64,000 nucleotides of DNA, taken from contig JACQCF010000024.1 of NCBI GenBank assembly GCA_016201795.1, positions 2,115 to 66,114 of the forward strand. Reading direction: 5' to 3'. Positions 38,034 to 47,518 of this stretch are shown in pieces; the stretch's first letter is position 1, and every line of letters starts with the position of its first letter. The position numbers were made by a program, and so were the translations under genes. This DNA comes from Candidatus Omnitrophota bacterium (GTDB lineage Bacteria > Omnitrophota > Gorgyraeia > Zapsychrales > Fredricksoniimonadaceae). The notes beneath the pieces are model-generated. The model saw only the letters and a program-made list of their open reading frames with translations, was not told the origin of the DNA and searched no databases.

Positions 38034-39503
38034 ATGGTTTTTTATCGTATGAGTTTACTGTTATGGACGTTGGTCGTGTCTGCGTCATTCTGCCGGGCTG
38101 CAACCCAGGACAATGACATTGAAAGTCGTTTTATTTATCCCGAGTATTCCAAAAAAGTGTCGATGGATTTTAAAGACGCCTCTTTAACCGATGTGTTAAA
38201 AATTTTTTCCCGGCAGGCGGGGATGAACTTCATCGCCGCGCAGGATGTATCAGGCAAGAAAGTGACCCTGTTTTTAGATAATATTCCTGTGGAGGATGCT
38301 CTGGGTAAAATTTTGGAGGCCAATGATTTAACCTATGAAATGGCCCCCGGCAGTGATGTATTTATTGTCAAAGCCAAACCTAAGGGGCAGATGATGACTA
38401 AAGTTTTTCCTTTGAAGTATGCGACCGTATTTTCTTCCAAACTTAATAGCACGATTACAATTGCGGCCGGTTCGTCTTCCAGCGGTAGTTCCGCCTCGTC
38501 TTTATCCTCGGGGGGCATTATGGCCGCGGTAAAGACGGTATTATCTAAAGACGGGAAAATGGTAGAGGACCCTAGAACCAATAGTTTGATGATTACCGAT
38601 GCTCCTGAACAGTTTCCCCTGATTGAAGAAACCATTGCTAAATTAGATGTGCCGGTTTTACAAATCCTCATTGAAGTGGAGATGCTGGATGTATCCAAGT
38701 CTACGGGAGATAAGCTGGGCATTAATTTTTCCTCACTGGGTGGTTCCTTTGCTCCTTTAACCATTACCGAGGCTGCTAAAGCTACCTGGAGCCACGACAA
38801 AACCATGAAGGTCATGACTAATAATTTCAGTAACGCTTATGATATGACGGCGGTTTTGGATTTTTCAAGACAGCAAACGGATACGCGCACTTTGGCCAGG
38901 CCGCGGATTTTGACCTTAAACAATCAATCCGCGGAAATTAAGATTTCAACTAATGAGGCTATTTCTATCCAGAGTATTCAAGCTTCCACTGGCTCCACTT
39001 CATCCCAGACCGCGGTAACCCCGGAACGCGCGCAAACCGGCGTTTTTTTGACGGTCACACCGCAGGCGAATTTGTTAACAGGGGAAATTTTAATGGCTGT
39101 GTACCCTAAGGTCATTCAAGCGTCGGCCTCGACCCTTAAATTGCCTGCCGGAGCATCACCGATCAAAGATACCGAAGAGCGGGGCTCCCAATCCATTTTA
39201 AAAGTGAAAAACGGTGAGACTATTGCGCTGGGTGGTTTACTGCGGGAGGAAACCAGCAATACGATTGATAAGCTGCCGATTTTAGGCGATATCCCTTTAC
39301 TGGGGGCAGCTTTTCGTCATAAAGATAAAAGTACCGAGGAACGCGAGTTGATTATTTTTATTACCCCCTATATTCTCAATGATAAGGTTAAAGAGAAGTT
39401 TGACAGCAAGGCCGCTCTTCATTTTAACCGCGAGGTTAATCGACCGGTCGATCTTAATACCGTCAGTCAGCAGCTGAATTCCATGGAAAAGAGCAAACCA
39501 TAA
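38034..39503 (+). CDS. pilQ: type IV pilus secretin
   Basis: Signal peptide, an STN-like N domain, and the secretin C-domain LPILGDIPLLGAAFR. Confidence 0.85.
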   Translation: MVFYRMSLLLWTLVVSASFCRAATQDNDIESRFIYPEYSKKVSMDFKDASLTDVLKIFSRQAGMNFIAAQDVSGKKVTLFLDNIPVEDALGKILEANDLTYEMAPGSDVFIVKAKPKGQMMTKVFPLKYATVFSSKLNSTITIAAGSSSSGSSASSLSSGGIMAAVKTVLSKDGKMVEDPRTNSLMITDAPEQFPLIEETIAKLDVPVLQILIEVEMLDVSKSTGDKLGINFSSLGGSFAPLTITEAAKATWSHDKTMKVMTNNFSNAYDMTAVLDFSRQQTDTRTLARPRILTLNNQSAEIKISTNEAISIQSIQASTGSTSSQTAVTPERAQTGVFLTVTPQANLLTGEILMAVYPKVIQASASTLKLPAGASPIKDTEERGSQSILKVKNGETIALGGLLREETSNTIDKLPILGDIPLLGAAFRHKDKSTEERELIIFITPYILNDKVKEKFDSKAALHFNREVNRPVDLNTVSQQLNSMEKSKP

Positions 39504-41242
39504 TGGCGCATCAAAAACTGGGTGAAATTCTTATTAAACAGGGCCTGATCACCGAAAACCAATTGCACGAAGCCATTAATATGCAGAAGCTGCAAAAGGG
39601 ACGTATCGGTGAGGTCTTTCTTAAACTGGGTATGCTGACAGAAAGTGATTTGGCTGCTACTTTGGGCACGCAGCTGGCGATCCCTTATGCTTCCCATATG
39701 ACCGGCCTGCTTAAACCCCGTTATGATCAGGGGTTGGATAAAATCGTGCCTTATGAATTTGCCCAGAAGAACCTGGTGCTTCCGCTGTCGAAAAATATGA
39801 ATTCCTTAACCTGCGCGGTGTTTGATCCTCTGGATCTTATCATGCTGGATAATTTGAAAATACTCACCCGTTGTGATCTGAATTTGGTGATTGCCACCAA
39901 GACAGATTTGAACAAGGCCATCAATGAATTTTATTTGACGCAGGGTAGCGATGAAAAAACAACCATGCTGGGTAAAGAGGTGGAAAAATCCTATACCGAT
40001 TCTGAGCCATCGGCTCTCATGCCAGAGACAGCGTATGCCAGGGAAAGCGCAGGGTCGGAACTCAGTATTGAGCGTCTCGTGGCCAGGGCGGAAGAAGCGC
40101 CGGTGGTCAAGCTGGTGGATTTAATTATCCGTCAGGCCATTGATGAGAGAGCCAGCGATATTCATATTGAACCGTTTAGAGACAAACTGGAAATCCGTTA
40201 CCGTATTGACGGTGTGCTGTATCAGGTTCCGCCGCCGGCGGCGCACCTGCATTTGCCTATTGTTTCGCGTATTAAAATTTTAGCCAAACTGGACATTGCT
40301 GAGAAACGTCTGCCTCAGGACGGCGCTATTTCCGCCAGGCTTGAAGACAGGGTGGTGGATTTGCGTATTTCCACGATTCCAACGGTCTGGGGGGAGAAAG
40401 TCGTTATGCGTCTTTTGGATAAAAACGCTGTTAAGCTGGATCTGACGAGTTTGGGTTTTGATTCCAAACAACTGACTTTAATCCGCAAAGCTTTGGATTC
40501 CTCTTACGGTTTATTTTTTGTCACCGGCCCCACGGGAAGCGGTAAATCAACGACGTTGTATGCAGCCCTTCAGGAGATCAAGGATTCCTCTAAAAACATT
40601 ATGACCTGTGAAGACCCCGTAGAGTTTAAAATTGAAGGGATCAATCAGGTGGGGGTTCGCAGCGACATAGGGCTTACCTTTGCTACCGCGCTTCGGGCTT
40701 TTTTACGCCAGGACCCGGATATTGTCATGGTGGGGGAAGTGCGTGATCTTGAGACCGCTCAGATTTGCGTGCGCGCGGCTTTGACCGGGCATTTGGTGTT
40801 AAGCACCCTTCACACCAATGACGCCCCCTCGGCCATCACGCGTTTGATGGATATCGGCATCCACAATTATCTGTTAACGCCGTCGCTGGTGATGATTATT
40901 GGCCAGCGCCTGGCCAGACGGCTATGCACCAAATGTAAAGAACCTTACGAGGCTAACGGTCAGCAAGTCATTGATTATAAAATCAAAAGTGATTTGATTT
41001 ATCGGGCCAAGGGGTGCGACGAATGCAATCAAACGGGTTATAAAGGCCGTCTGGTAGTGGCGGAGGCGATGGCGATTAACGAACAAATACGCACTTTAAT
41101 ATCGAACAATGCCAGTTACGACGAGCTTAAAGATGCCGCCCGCAAAAACGGCATGGATACGATGTTTGAATCGGGTATGAAGAAAGTCGAAGAGGGCTTG
41201 ACTAGCATCGAGGAAATTTTAGGGGTAACAGCCACGGGTTAA
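39503..41242 (+). CDS. pilB: type IV pilus assembly ATPase (GspE family)
   Basis: T2SSE_N domain, Walker A GPTGSGKSTTL, tetracysteine CxxC...CxxC. Confidence 0.9.
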   Translation: MAHQKLGEILIKQGLITENQLHEAINMQKLQKGRIGEVFLKLGMLTESDLAATLGTQLAIPYASHMTGLLKPRYDQGLDKIVPYEFAQKNLVLPLSKNMNSLTCAVFDPLDLIMLDNLKILTRCDLNLVIATKTDLNKAINEFYLTQGSDEKTTMLGKEVEKSYTDSEPSALMPETAYARESAGSELSIERLVARAEEAPVVKLVDLIIRQAIDERASDIHIEPFRDKLEIRYRIDGVLYQVPPPAAHLHLPIVSRIKILAKLDIAEKRLPQDGAISARLEDRVVDLRISTIPTVWGEKVVMRLLDKNAVKLDLTSLGFDSKQLTLIRKALDSSYGLFFVTGPTGSGKSTTLYAALQEIKDSSKNIMTCEDPVEFKIEGINQVGVRSDIGLTFATALRAFLRQDPDIVMVGEVRDLETAQICVRAALTGHLVLSTLHTNDAPSAITRLMDIGIHNYLLTPSLVMIIGQRLARRLCTKCKEPYEANGQQVIDYKIKSDLIYRAKGCDECNQTGYKGRLVVAEAMAINEQIRTLISNNASYDELKDAARKNGMDTMFESGMKKVEEGLTSIEEILGVTATG

Positions 41243-41247
41243 TACGC

Positions 41248-42486
41248 ATGGCGATGTTTACTTATACAGCCAGAGACATGAGTGGTAAGATAAAGACTGA
41301 TATGATTGAGGCGCCCAACGAGCAGGGGCTGGTGGATAAACTTCAGGCACAGGGGTTATTTATCATCAAGGTGGCGGCCATGGCGGAAATGATGCAGGAA
41401 AAATCCGTGCAAAAGCCGGCGGAGGCCATTAAATTCCATCATGATAAAGTTAAACTGGAGGATTTGTTGACCTTTTCCCGACAGTTAGCCACCATGCTTG
41501 AGGCGGGGGTGGCGCTTTTGCGCAGTTTGAATGTCATTATTCCCCAGGTGCAGAGCCGGCAGTTAACCAGCATTTTAAAGCAGGTGCGCACGGACGTGGA
41601 AGCCGGTAAATCATTAAGTCAAAGCTTGAGCAAACATCCTAAAGTATTCGGGCAGTTCTGGGTGTCTTTGGCTGAGGTGGGGGAGGCTTCCGGCACCATG
41701 CCTCATGTTTTAAATAAGCTGGCCAATCACGTTCAAGAACAGGCGGAGTTTCGTTCAACGATTATCTCGGTGGCCATTTATCCGGCCATTCTTTTTACCG
41801 TATGCATCGGGGCGGTGGTTTTTTTTGCGCTGGTGGTGGCTCCTCGCTTTGAAGAAATTTTTACAGCCATGCACGCGCATCTTCCGGTCATGACACAAGT
41901 TCTGCTGGCAGTCTTTAAATTTATTAAAACAAATCTTATCCTTCTGTTGGCCGGGGGCGTGGGAGGATTCTTTGTGTTGAGAGCCTATTTATCTACGCCC
42001 CAAGGCGGTTTGATGGGAGAACGACTTATGTTTAGACTTCCCGTGGTGGGGGATGTGGTTAAGTTAATTATCGTGGAGCGTTTCAGTTCTCAGATGGCCA
42101 TTTTAGTGGACTCCGGTGTGCCCATTCTTTTGGCGCTGGAGATTACCGGACGTCTGGTGGAGAATCAAATCTGTGGTTCTTTAATCGCGCGAATCCAGGA
42201 AGAAGTGCGCGCGGGTAAAGGTATTGCGGATTCCATGGCCCAAGAAGGCTTTTTCCCGGTGATGGCGGTGCAGATGATCAAGGTGGGTGAAGAAACCGGG
42301 GAACTGGCTAAAATGCTCAATCATGTGGCGGCCTATTATAAAAGTAATGTGGAGGCTTTTGTGAAGCGTTTCGGCACCATTATCGAGCCGTTTATGCTGG
42401 TATTCATGGCTGCTGTTATCGGGGTTATAGTTGTATCTATCTTTTTGCCTTTATTTAAGTTGGGACAAGGCGGCGCGCCACATTAG
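41248..42486 (+). CDS. pilC: type IV pilus platform protein (GspF family)
   Basis: Two GspF repeats. Confidence 0.9.
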   Translation: MAMFTYTARDMSGKIKTDMIEAPNEQGLVDKLQAQGLFIIKVAAMAEMMQEKSVQKPAEAIKFHHDKVKLEDLLTFSRQLATMLEAGVALLRSLNVIIPQVQSRQLTSILKQVRTDVEAGKSLSQSLSKHPKVFGQFWVSLAEVGEASGTMPHVLNKLANHVQEQAEFRSTIISVAIYPAILFTVCIGAVVFFALVVAPRFEEIFTAMHAHLPVMTQVLLAVFKFIKTNLILLLAGGVGGFFVLRAYLSTPQGGLMGERLMFRLPVVGDVVKLIIVERFSSQMAILVDSGVPILLALEITGRLVENQICGSLIARIQEEVRAGKGIADSMAQEGFFPVMAVQMIKVGEETGELAKMLNHVAAYYKSNVEAFVKRFGTIIEPFMLVFMAAVIGVIVVSIFLPLFKLGQGGAPH

Positions 42487-42605
42487 TCTGTGAGCACAAA
42501 ATTTTAGGGGCAAGACTTGACAACGGCAGGGTAAAGATGTTAATCTTTAAGCGAAAGGATAGTTATCATACTTAAACCGTTATAAATAAAATAAGGAGAA
42601 AGATT

Positions 42606-43046
42606 ATGACTAGGTTAACCAGGAAAAGAAGCGGTTTTACGCTCATTGAAATCATCGTTGTTTTGATTATCGTTGGTGTACTGGCAGCTATTGCTTTGCC
42701 GAACCTTTTTAGAAACGTGATTAAAAGCAGGGCCCAGGAAGCATTACAGGCTATGAGCCCATATAGAAGTGCTGTGGAAGGCTGTATTGTGGCGCATCCT
42801 GCAAGTACTAGTACGAGTTGTACTAATGCTATTTTGAATAATGGAAATTGGACCACGACTAATTTTACCTATACTCTTACTGCACCTGCAGCCGCCACGG
42901 ATACCGGTTATGCTATTTTGGCAACCGGTCAAGCAGCGGTTCCTGCCACCGATACTATAACGATAACGCGTGCCGCAGCTGCTTCTCCTGCAGTGGGGGC
43001 CGTTACTTGTACAGGCGCTGGTCAGGATTTCCTAGGCATTTGTTAG
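42606..43046 (+). CDS. pilA: type IV pilin (major pilin 1)
   Basis: Class III leader KRSG|FTLIEIIVVLIIVGVLAAIALPN. Strong SD aaggaga. Confidence 0.85.
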   Translation: MTRLTRKRSGFTLIEIIVVLIIVGVLAAIALPNLFRNVIKSRAQEALQAMSPYRSAVEGCIVAHPASTSTSCTNAILNNGNWTTTNFTYTLTAPAAATDTGYAILATGQAAVPATDTITITRAAAASPAVGAVTCTGAGQDFLGIC

Positions 43047-43067
43047 TTTTTGATAGTTCAAATCAAA

Positions 43068-43101
43068 AGGCAACATCGAAGTCTGATGTTGCCTTTTTTT
43101 A
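43068..43101 (+). terminator. rho-independent terminator after pilA1
   Basis: aggcaacatc gaagtct gatgttgcct followed by ttttttt. Confidence 0.8.
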
Positions 43102-43170
43102 AATACCGCGTTTGACATTTAGTTACTAAGGATATATACTTATCATAAATGATAAGGACACCTTCTTAGT

Positions 43171-43758
43171 ATGAAATTGTCTCGACTGGAACAACTGGTC
43201 AAACGTCTGTATTTTAGCAGCGCCGATGTCGGCTCATTGTTTGAGCTTGCACCGGCATCCGCCCATCTGTTATGCAGCCGCTATACGGCCAAAAACGTCT
43301 TTATCCGTCTTAAAAAAGACTGTTACACTTTAAGCCAAAGGTGGAATTCGTTGCAAGGCAAAGATATCTTTCGCCTGGCTAATATCCTTCAGGTGCCTTC
43401 TTATATTTCCCTCATGAGTGCTCTTTCTTTTTTTCAGGTCACCACTCAAATGCAACAAAATTATATCGAAAGCGTCGCCTTGAAAAGGTCGGTCACATTT
43501 CATATTAAAGAAACGGATTTTAAATTTTATAAAATTGCTCCTGCTTTCTATGGAGATTTCGTTCGTCAAGACGAATTTTTTATCGCCACCAAAGAAAAAG
43601 CTTTCCTGGACTGTGCTTATTTGACATCTTTCGGCAAGTATCGTTTTGATGTTGCCTCCATTGATATTGATAAATTAGATAAAAAGAAAATTAAACAGGG
43701 ACTTAAACCTTATCCTAAAAAAACCCAAATGTTGGTGGAGCGTTTATGCAAGATTTAA
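43171..43758 (+). CDS. AbiEi-family antitoxin (type IV toxin-antitoxin/abortive infection)
   Basis: N-terminal wHTH-like LYFSSADVGSLFELAPASAHLLCSRYTAKNVFIRLKKDCYTL. Overlaps the downstream AbiEii gene by 13 bp. Confidence 0.55.
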   Translation: MKLSRLEQLVKRLYFSSADVGSLFELAPASAHLLCSRYTAKNVFIRLKKDCYTLSQRWNSLQGKDIFRLANILQVPSYISLMSALSFFQVTTQMQQNYIESVALKRSVTFHIKETDFKFYKIAPAFYGDFVRQDEFFIATKEKAFLDCAYLTSFGKYRFDVASIDIDKLDKKKIKQGLKPYPKKTQMLVERLCKI

Positions 43759-44417
43759 TCAAACAGGAACAATTTGAAATCGAAGTTCTGCAATACCTTA
43801 ACAGTAAAAGACTGCTGGGCAACCTTGTCTTTGGCGGCGGAACCATGCTGCGGCTGTGCTGGGGCCTCAACCGTTTTTCGGTCGACCTCGACTTTTGGCT
43901 GATCAAAAAAGCCGATCCCAAGGGCCTCTTTAAAGGATTGAAAGAACATTTACAACGCTCCTATGCTATCCGGGACGCCGCTATGAAATTCCATACCCTG
44001 CTTTTTGAAATTAAATCTCCCCGGTATCCGCGGGCCTTAAAAATAGAAATCCGTAAAGAATTAAAGAACGTCGAAACCGAAGGGGCCATCGCCTATAGCC
44101 CGCACACCTCAATCCAGGTCATACTTAAAACCATCACTTTAGAGGAAATGATGAAGGCAAAAATAGAGGCCTTGGTCGAGCGAAAGGAAATCCGTGACGC
44201 CTTTGATATCGAATTTCTTTTTAAAAAGTCCATCGCCATTAAAGCCTCCCCCAGGGTGCTCAAAAATGCGCTCACCATCATTCAAGGGTTTACCGCGAAA
44301 GATTATACCGTGAAACTGGGAAGCCTATTGGAGGCATCACAAAGGAAGTATTATGCCTCCTCTCATTTTAAAATTCTGCAATCGGCTATCAACGAACAGC
44401 TGGCGGATAAGGCATGA
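43746..44417 (+). CDS. AbiEii/AbiGii nucleotidyltransferase toxin (DUF1814)
   Basis: LVFGGGTMLRLCWGLNRFSVDLDFWL matches the GGTAL..RFSEDIDF signature. Confidence 0.75.
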   Translation: MQDLIKQEQFEIEVLQYLNSKRLLGNLVFGGGTMLRLCWGLNRFSVDLDFWLIKKADPKGLFKGLKEHLQRSYAIRDAAMKFHTLLFEIKSPRYPRALKIEIRKELKNVETEGAIAYSPHTSIQVILKTITLEEMMKAKIEALVERKEIRDAFDIEFLFKKSIAIKASPRVLKNALTIIQGFTAKDYTVKLGSLLEASQRKYYASSHFKILQSAINEQLADKA

Positions 44418-44445
44418 AACCGACATTGGACATATGGTCACGTAG

Positions 44446-44474
44446 TTGACATCGTACAGAGGGAATGTTATATT
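44446..44474 (+). promoter_or_regulatory. sigma70-like promoter giving a leaderless or very short-leader pilA2 transcript
   Basis: TTGACA, 17 nt, TATATT, ending 6 nt before ATG 44481. No SD. Confidence 0.45.
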
Positions 44475-44480
44475 TTAAAT

Positions 44481-44939
44481 ATGAGAGCTAAAAGAGGCTT
44501 TACGTTAATTGAAATTATAGTAGTTCTTGTCATCGTTGGAGTGTTGGCTACGATAGCTGTTCCCAATTTTGTCAACATGATAAACCAGTCCTATGCCCAG
44601 GATGCGATGCGTAATCTCATGGCCATTTACGCGGCGCAGGTCAGTAATCAACAAAATAGCGGTAGTTATTGTACGGCAAGCTGTGCAAACACAGGGTCAA
44701 TTAATAGCAACTTAGGAGTAAGCATTGTCACCAGCGGTGGTACGGGTTACAATTGTAATGTTATATGTACTGGGGGGACGCAGTGCTGTATTGCAGCAGG
44801 TCAAGGTTCTTTTACGATGCAGCTTGTACTGAGCAATCCTGTTAATGTCGGTACAGCTCCTGTATATTGTGGCCCAGCCAATCCTCCTCCTACTAATCCC
44901 TGCTGTCAGGGAGGGAATGCTGGTGATACTTGTCCATAG
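44481..44939 (+). CDS. pilA: type IV pilin 2, cysteine-rich C-terminal domain
   Basis: KRG|FTLIEIIVVLVIVGVLATIAVPN leader. 10 Cys in the 110-aa head domain, including CC pairs. Confidence 0.8.
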   Translation: MRAKRGFTLIEIIVVLVIVGVLATIAVPNFVNMINQSYAQDAMRNLMAIYAAQVSNQQNSGSYCTASCANTGSINSNLGVSIVTSGGTGYNCNVICTGGTQCCIAAGQGSFTMQLVLSNPVNVGTAPVYCGPANPPPTNPCCQGGNAGDTCP

Positions 44940-44942
44940 CCT

Positions 44943-45305
44943 ATGTTAAAAATTAATACCCAGGGCATGAGTCTTCTCGAGGCATTTTTAGCCGCGGTTA
45001 TTTTTGTGATCTCGGTGGCCGCGGTTTTTACCACCCTCATCGGTACACGCCGGCCGGCGGTGAATAATGATCAGATGACCACTGCCGCGCTGGTGGCCAA
45101 AAATGTTTTGGAAGATTTGCGTTCTAAAGTCGATGCCCTCGATTACCCTACTGGCAATTTAAGTAGTGGTACTCATACACTTACCGGTCAAGGCCCATCA
45201 GGTCTTTACAACGTCTATTACAATGTAACTTTACTCAATGCCTTGGATCCTAATTCCGCCAGGCAGGTGAACTTGACGGTTACTTGGCCGGATGCCGTAC
45301 CATAA
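44943..45305 (+). CDS. minor pilin/pseudopilin
   Basis: G|MSLLEAFLAAVIFVISVAAVF prepilin-type N-terminus. Confidence 0.55.
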   Translation: MLKINTQGMSLLEAFLAAVIFVISVAAVFTTLIGTRRPAVNNDQMTTAALVAKNVLEDLRSKVDALDYPTGNLSSGTHTLTGQGPSGLYNVYYNVTLLNALDPNSARQVNLTVTWPDAVP

Positions 45306-45307
45306 AT

Positions 45308-45934
45308 ATGAAAATTCTTAGTCATTTGGCCCTCAGTCTCATGGAACTTATTGTCGCCTCCGTTGTCGTTATTATTATTTTACTCGGGATTGCCTCTTCA
45401 CAGCTTATTTTTCAGAGAAACAGCAATTATTTCGGCAGCAACTATTTTGTCAGCGCCATGACCGATAATATGCTTAACCATATCCTCACCAGCGCGTCCA
45501 TGGCCATTGGAAGCGGTATAGCGAATGATAAAGGAATTCTGATTGGTTTAGCAGAGACCGGGGATGCTAATACCTTCTGCATTCATCAGGATGTTCAAAA
45601 GACGTTAGGGCCGGGAGTCGATTATCCGGGGACGGTGAATGGCGACCTTTTTACTACGGCAAATCACCGCTGGCTCTGTTATACGCTTGATTCCACTACT
45701 CATCAGCTTACTTATTGCGACCGTACATATACTTCAGGTGCGGCCAAGTGCCCTCCCGGTAACGGTATCGTTTTAGGTACAGCATTGAATGTAGGCCCCC
45801 CCAGTTTCACAAATGGTCTATTTTCGATAGCTATTACCAATTGCATGGACCCAACCCAGAGTACCTGTGGGACCACCTCTAATCCCTCTGTCACAAAAAC
45901 AGGAAGCGTGTCACCCTCCGCGCACAGCCTTTAA
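45308..45934 (+). CDS. minor pilin/pseudopilin-like protein
   Basis: LALSLMELIVASVVVIIILLGIA N-terminus with Glu at +5. The track ORF starts at 45284. Confidence 0.45.
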   Translation: MKILSHLALSLMELIVASVVVIIILLGIASSQLIFQRNSNYFGSNYFVSAMTDNMLNHILTSASMAIGSGIANDKGILIGLAETGDANTFCIHQDVQKTLGPGVDYPGTVNGDLFTTANHRWLCYTLDSTTHQLTYCDRTYTSGAAKCPPGNGIVLGTALNVGPPSFTNGLFSIAITNCMDPTQSTCGTTSNPSVTKTGSVSPSAHSL

Positions 45935-46040
45935 CGGTCTGTTTTGATTTGACACACCTCGTCGATTACGCTACCATACGCCATTATGTTGACGGCTTTA
46001 AATACTTCCAAGCCGTCATGCCGAGGAACGAGGGATTTCC

Positions 46041-47333
46041 ATGTTAGATTTAAAATTTATCCGCGAAAATGTTGACAAAGTCAAAGCCGCCTTGGAGGCC
46101 AAAGGAGCTCAGGTGGACTTGAGCCGTCTTTTGAAGCTGGATGCCGACCGAAGGCGTTTGATCGTCGAACTTGATGAGCTCAAAGCCAAGAAGAATACGG
46201 CCAATGAAGACATCGGCCGCATGGTCAGGGAAAAGCGCGACCCTAAAGTTAAAATTGCCTTCATGAGGACAATTGCCTCTGGCATTGATGCTCTGGAACC
46301 GGCCATTAAAAAGGTGGAAGAAGAGCTCGGCCAGATTTTAATGATGATCCCCAATATCCCGCACCCGTCGGTGCCGGTGGGAGGTCCCGAAGCCAATCAA
46401 GAAGTTGCCCGTTGGGGAAAAACTCCCGTCTTCGATTTTAAACCCAAGACGCATATCGAAATCGCCGAAAGTTTGGATATTATTGATTTTAAACGCGCCG
46501 CTAAACTCAGCGGCTCCAATTTTGTTCTTTATAAAGATTCAGGCGCGCGCCTGGTGAGGGCTTTGTATAATTTCATGCTGGATTTGCATACGGCCAAGCA
46601 TGGCTACCGCGAGATGTTTCCGCCGGTGGTGGTCAACAGCGCCGCCATGACAGGCACCGGCCAGCTACCTAACATGAAAGAGGATATGTATAAACTCGAG
46701 GGGGATGATTTGTATTTGATTCCCACCGCCGAGGTGCCTCTGACCAATATTCACCGCGATGAACTTCTTAATGAAGAAGACCTGCCTTTGTATTATACGG
46801 CGTATACGGCCTGTTTCCGTCGGGAAGCCGGCTCTTACGGGAAAGATACGCGCGGCCTGATGAGGGTGCATCAATTTGATAAGGTGGAGTTGGTCAAGTT
46901 CGTCAAAGGGCAAGATTCTTATCAAGAGTTGGAAAGTTTGCTGGCTGATGCCCGTCGGGTGTTTGAACTGCTGGGGATTCCTTATCGGGTGTTGATGTTG
47001 GCCAGCGGCGATTTGAGTTTTGCAGCCGCCAAATGTTATGATATTGAAGTGTACGCGGCAGGTCTGGATAAATGGCTGGAAGCGTCCAGCTGTTCGAATT
47101 TTGAAGATTTTCAGGCCCGCCGGGCCAATATCGCCGTCAGGGGCAAAGACGGCAAGAAGAAAGGTTTTGTGCATACCCTCAACGCCTCCGGCGTGGCCTT
47201 GCCGCGCACCATGATTGCTATCCTGGAGAATTATCAAACCAAAGACGGCGATGTGATGGTCCCTGAAGCCCTGCGTCCTTATATGGGTGGGGTGGAAGTT
47301 ATTAAGAGGAAAAATAATCAGAAGAGTTCTTAA
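46041..47333 (+). CDS. serS: seryl-tRNA synthetase
   Basis: N-terminal coiled-coil arm plus class II catalytic motifs. Confidence 0.95.
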   Translation: MLDLKFIRENVDKVKAALEAKGAQVDLSRLLKLDADRRRLIVELDELKAKKNTANEDIGRMVREKRDPKVKIAFMRTIASGIDALEPAIKKVEEELGQILMMIPNIPHPSVPVGGPEANQEVARWGKTPVFDFKPKTHIEIAESLDIIDFKRAAKLSGSNFVLYKDSGARLVRALYNFMLDLHTAKHGYREMFPPVVVNSAAMTGTGQLPNMKEDMYKLEGDDLYLIPTAEVPLTNIHRDELLNEEDLPLYYTAYTACFRREAGSYGKDTRGLMRVHQFDKVELVKFVKGQDSYQELESLLADARRVFELLGIPYRVLMLASGDLSFAAAKCYDIEVYAAGLDKWLEASSCSNFEDFQARRANIAVRGKDGKKKGFVHTLNASGVALPRTMIAILENYQTKDGDVMVPEALRPYMGGVEVIKRKNNQKSS

Positions 47334-47413
47334 AGGAGAGTCCGCCTCATCAAAATGACTATGTCATTTTGATGGGCGAGACTTCTCCGGAAGAATTTCT
47401 CTGAAATTCTTCC

Positions 47414-47501
47414 GGAGAGGTGGCTGAGCGGTTGAAAGCGGCGGTCTTGAAAACCGTTATGGGCGCATAGTCCATCGTGAGTTCGAATCTCACCCTCTCC
47501 G
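47414..47501 (+). tRNA. tRNA-Ser (anticodon TGA)
   Basis: ggagaggtggctgagcggttgaaagc..., anticodon loop cttgaaa, long variable arm, ttcgaat T-loop. Confidence 0.85.
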
Positions 47502-47518
47502 TTGTTATTCAAATCTTC

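Noticed and set aside
42490-42605. Sigma54 (-24/-12) promoter upstream of pilA1
   Set aside because: No convincing GG-N10-GC element could be read. Only a weak TTGACA-like -35 is present, so no promoter is called.
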